Part shown: positions 62,790 to 64,000 of the stretch, in pieces
Position numbering within the stretch: the first letter of the stretch is position 1
Layout: the number at the start of each line of letters is the position of its first letter
Source: Vicugna vicugna
Taxonomy: Eukaryota
Direction: 5' to 3'
DNA: 64,000 nucleotides
Assembly: GCA_013265495.1 (NCBI GenBank)
Contig: MU058065.1
Span: 7,192,302 to 7,256,301, forward strand
Made by a program: the position numbers and the translations under genes
The notes under the pieces: generated by a model
Databases searched by the model: none
Seen by the model: the letters and a program-made list of their open reading frames with translations, nothing else
Told to the model about the DNA's origin: nothing

Positions 62790-64000
62790 CAGTCACGCCT
62801 TCAGTTTCCACTTCTGATTCTCGTTTTCTTACTACTTGCACCACATCTGCAGTTACTTTCTCCACTGAAGTACTGAACTCCTCAAGGTCATCCACGAGGG
62901 CTGGACTCAAGTTCTTCCAAACTCCTGTTAATATTGATATTTTGACCCCTTCCTGTGGATCATGAATGTTCTTAATGTCATTTAGAACGGTAAATCCTTT
63001 CCAGACGGTTTCAATCTACTTTGCCCAGATTCATCAGAGGAATAAGTATCTATGGCAGCAATCACTTCTGAAATGTATTTCTTAAAGAATAAGACTTGAA
63101 AGTTGAGATTACTCTTTGATTCATGGGCTGTAGAAGTGATATTGTGTCAGCAGGCATGAGGACCAACATTAATCTCATTGTATATCTCCATCCAAGCACT
63201 TGAGTGATCAGGTGACTTGTCAATGAACGGTAACATTTTGAAAGGAGTCTTTTTTTCTGAGCAGTCTGTCTCAAGAGGGCTTAAAATATCAAGTAAATCA
63301 TGTTATAAACAGATGTGCTGTCATCCAGATTTTGTTGTTCCATTTACAGAGCACAGTAGAGTAGATTTAGCATAATTCTTAAGGGACCTAGAATTTTCGG
63401 AATAATAAATGAGCACTGACTTCAACTTAAAGTCAGCAGCTGCATTAGCCCCTAACAAGAGAGTCAGTCTGTCCTTTGAAGCGTTGAAGCCAGGCACTGA
63501 CTTTTCCTCTCTAGCTATGAAAGTCCTAGGTGGCATCTTCTTCCAATAATATAAGGTTGCTTCATCTACATTGAAATCTTTAGTGTAGCACCTTCATTAA
63601 TTATATTAGCTAGATCTTCTAGGTAACTTGCTTCATCTTCTACATCAACACTTGCTGCTTCACTTTGCACCTTTATGTTATGGAGGTGCTTTCTTTCCTT
63701 AATCCTCATGAACCAACGTCTGCTAGCTTCAAACTTTTCTGTAGCTTCCTCACCTCTCTCAGCCGTTTATAGTATTGAAGAGAGTTAGAATCTTGCTCCA
63801 GGTTAGGCTTAAGGGAATACTGTGGCTGGCTTGATCTTCTATCCAAACCACTAAGATTTTCTCCATATCAGCAATAAGGCTCTTTCACTTTCTTATTATT
63901 CACATGTTCACTGGAGTAGCATTTTTAATTTCTTTCAGGGACTTTCCCTTTGCATTCACAACGTGGCTAATACTGTAGTGCAAGAGGCTTAGCTTTTGGT
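62790..64000 (-). mobile_element. Tigger1 (TcMar-Tigger) DNA transposon fossil with degraded transposase; continues beyond the window
   Basis: Minus-strand ORF pieces [39 protein letters not shown] (63321-63536) and LLQPMNQRVISTFKSY (63062-63274) match the pogo/Tigger DDE transposase. They are broken by stops and frameshifts. Confidence 0.93.

Noticed and set aside
63062..63536. Domesticated TIGD1-like gene
   Set aside because: The reading frame is fragmented by stops and frameshifts, as in an ordinary Tigger1 fossil.
1..64000. ORFs of 60-166 aa in the six-frame track as protein-coding genes
   Set aside because: They have no recognisable domains, many use non-ATG starts, and many overlap repeats or microsatellites. 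Their lengths are as expected by chance in mammalian non-coding DNA.

Overview
This 64 kb window is mammalian intergenic or intronic DNA, not prokaryotic. It is most likely from a camelid, because it carries two tRNA-Ala-derived SINEs resembling vic-1 and cetartiodactyl-type L1 3' ends. No intact protein-coding gene is recognisable. The listed ORFs are chance ORFs or lie in repeats, and the only recognisable protein similarity is a degraded Tigger1 transposase at the right end. The window is a mosaic of interspersed repeats (MIR, L2, L3/CR1, L1, MaLR/ERVL LTRs, hAT and Tigger DNA transposons), microsatellites and unique stretches. The most notable observations are: (1) a solo LTR with six CCAAT boxes and two octamers inside a multi-layer nested insertion; (2) a local ~170-185 bp duplication in which one copy looks like an intact exon and the other has lost both splice dinucleotides; (3) an L1 insertion with an apparent short 3' transduction inside a 16 bp target-site duplication (TSD); (4) a second ERV1-like solo LTR; (5) a candidate exon at 41.9 kb; (6) several candidate regulatory elements. 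I found no evidence for a novel multi-gene system. Repeat family names come from recalled consensus sequences, not a database search, and boundaries are approximate unless a TSD is given.
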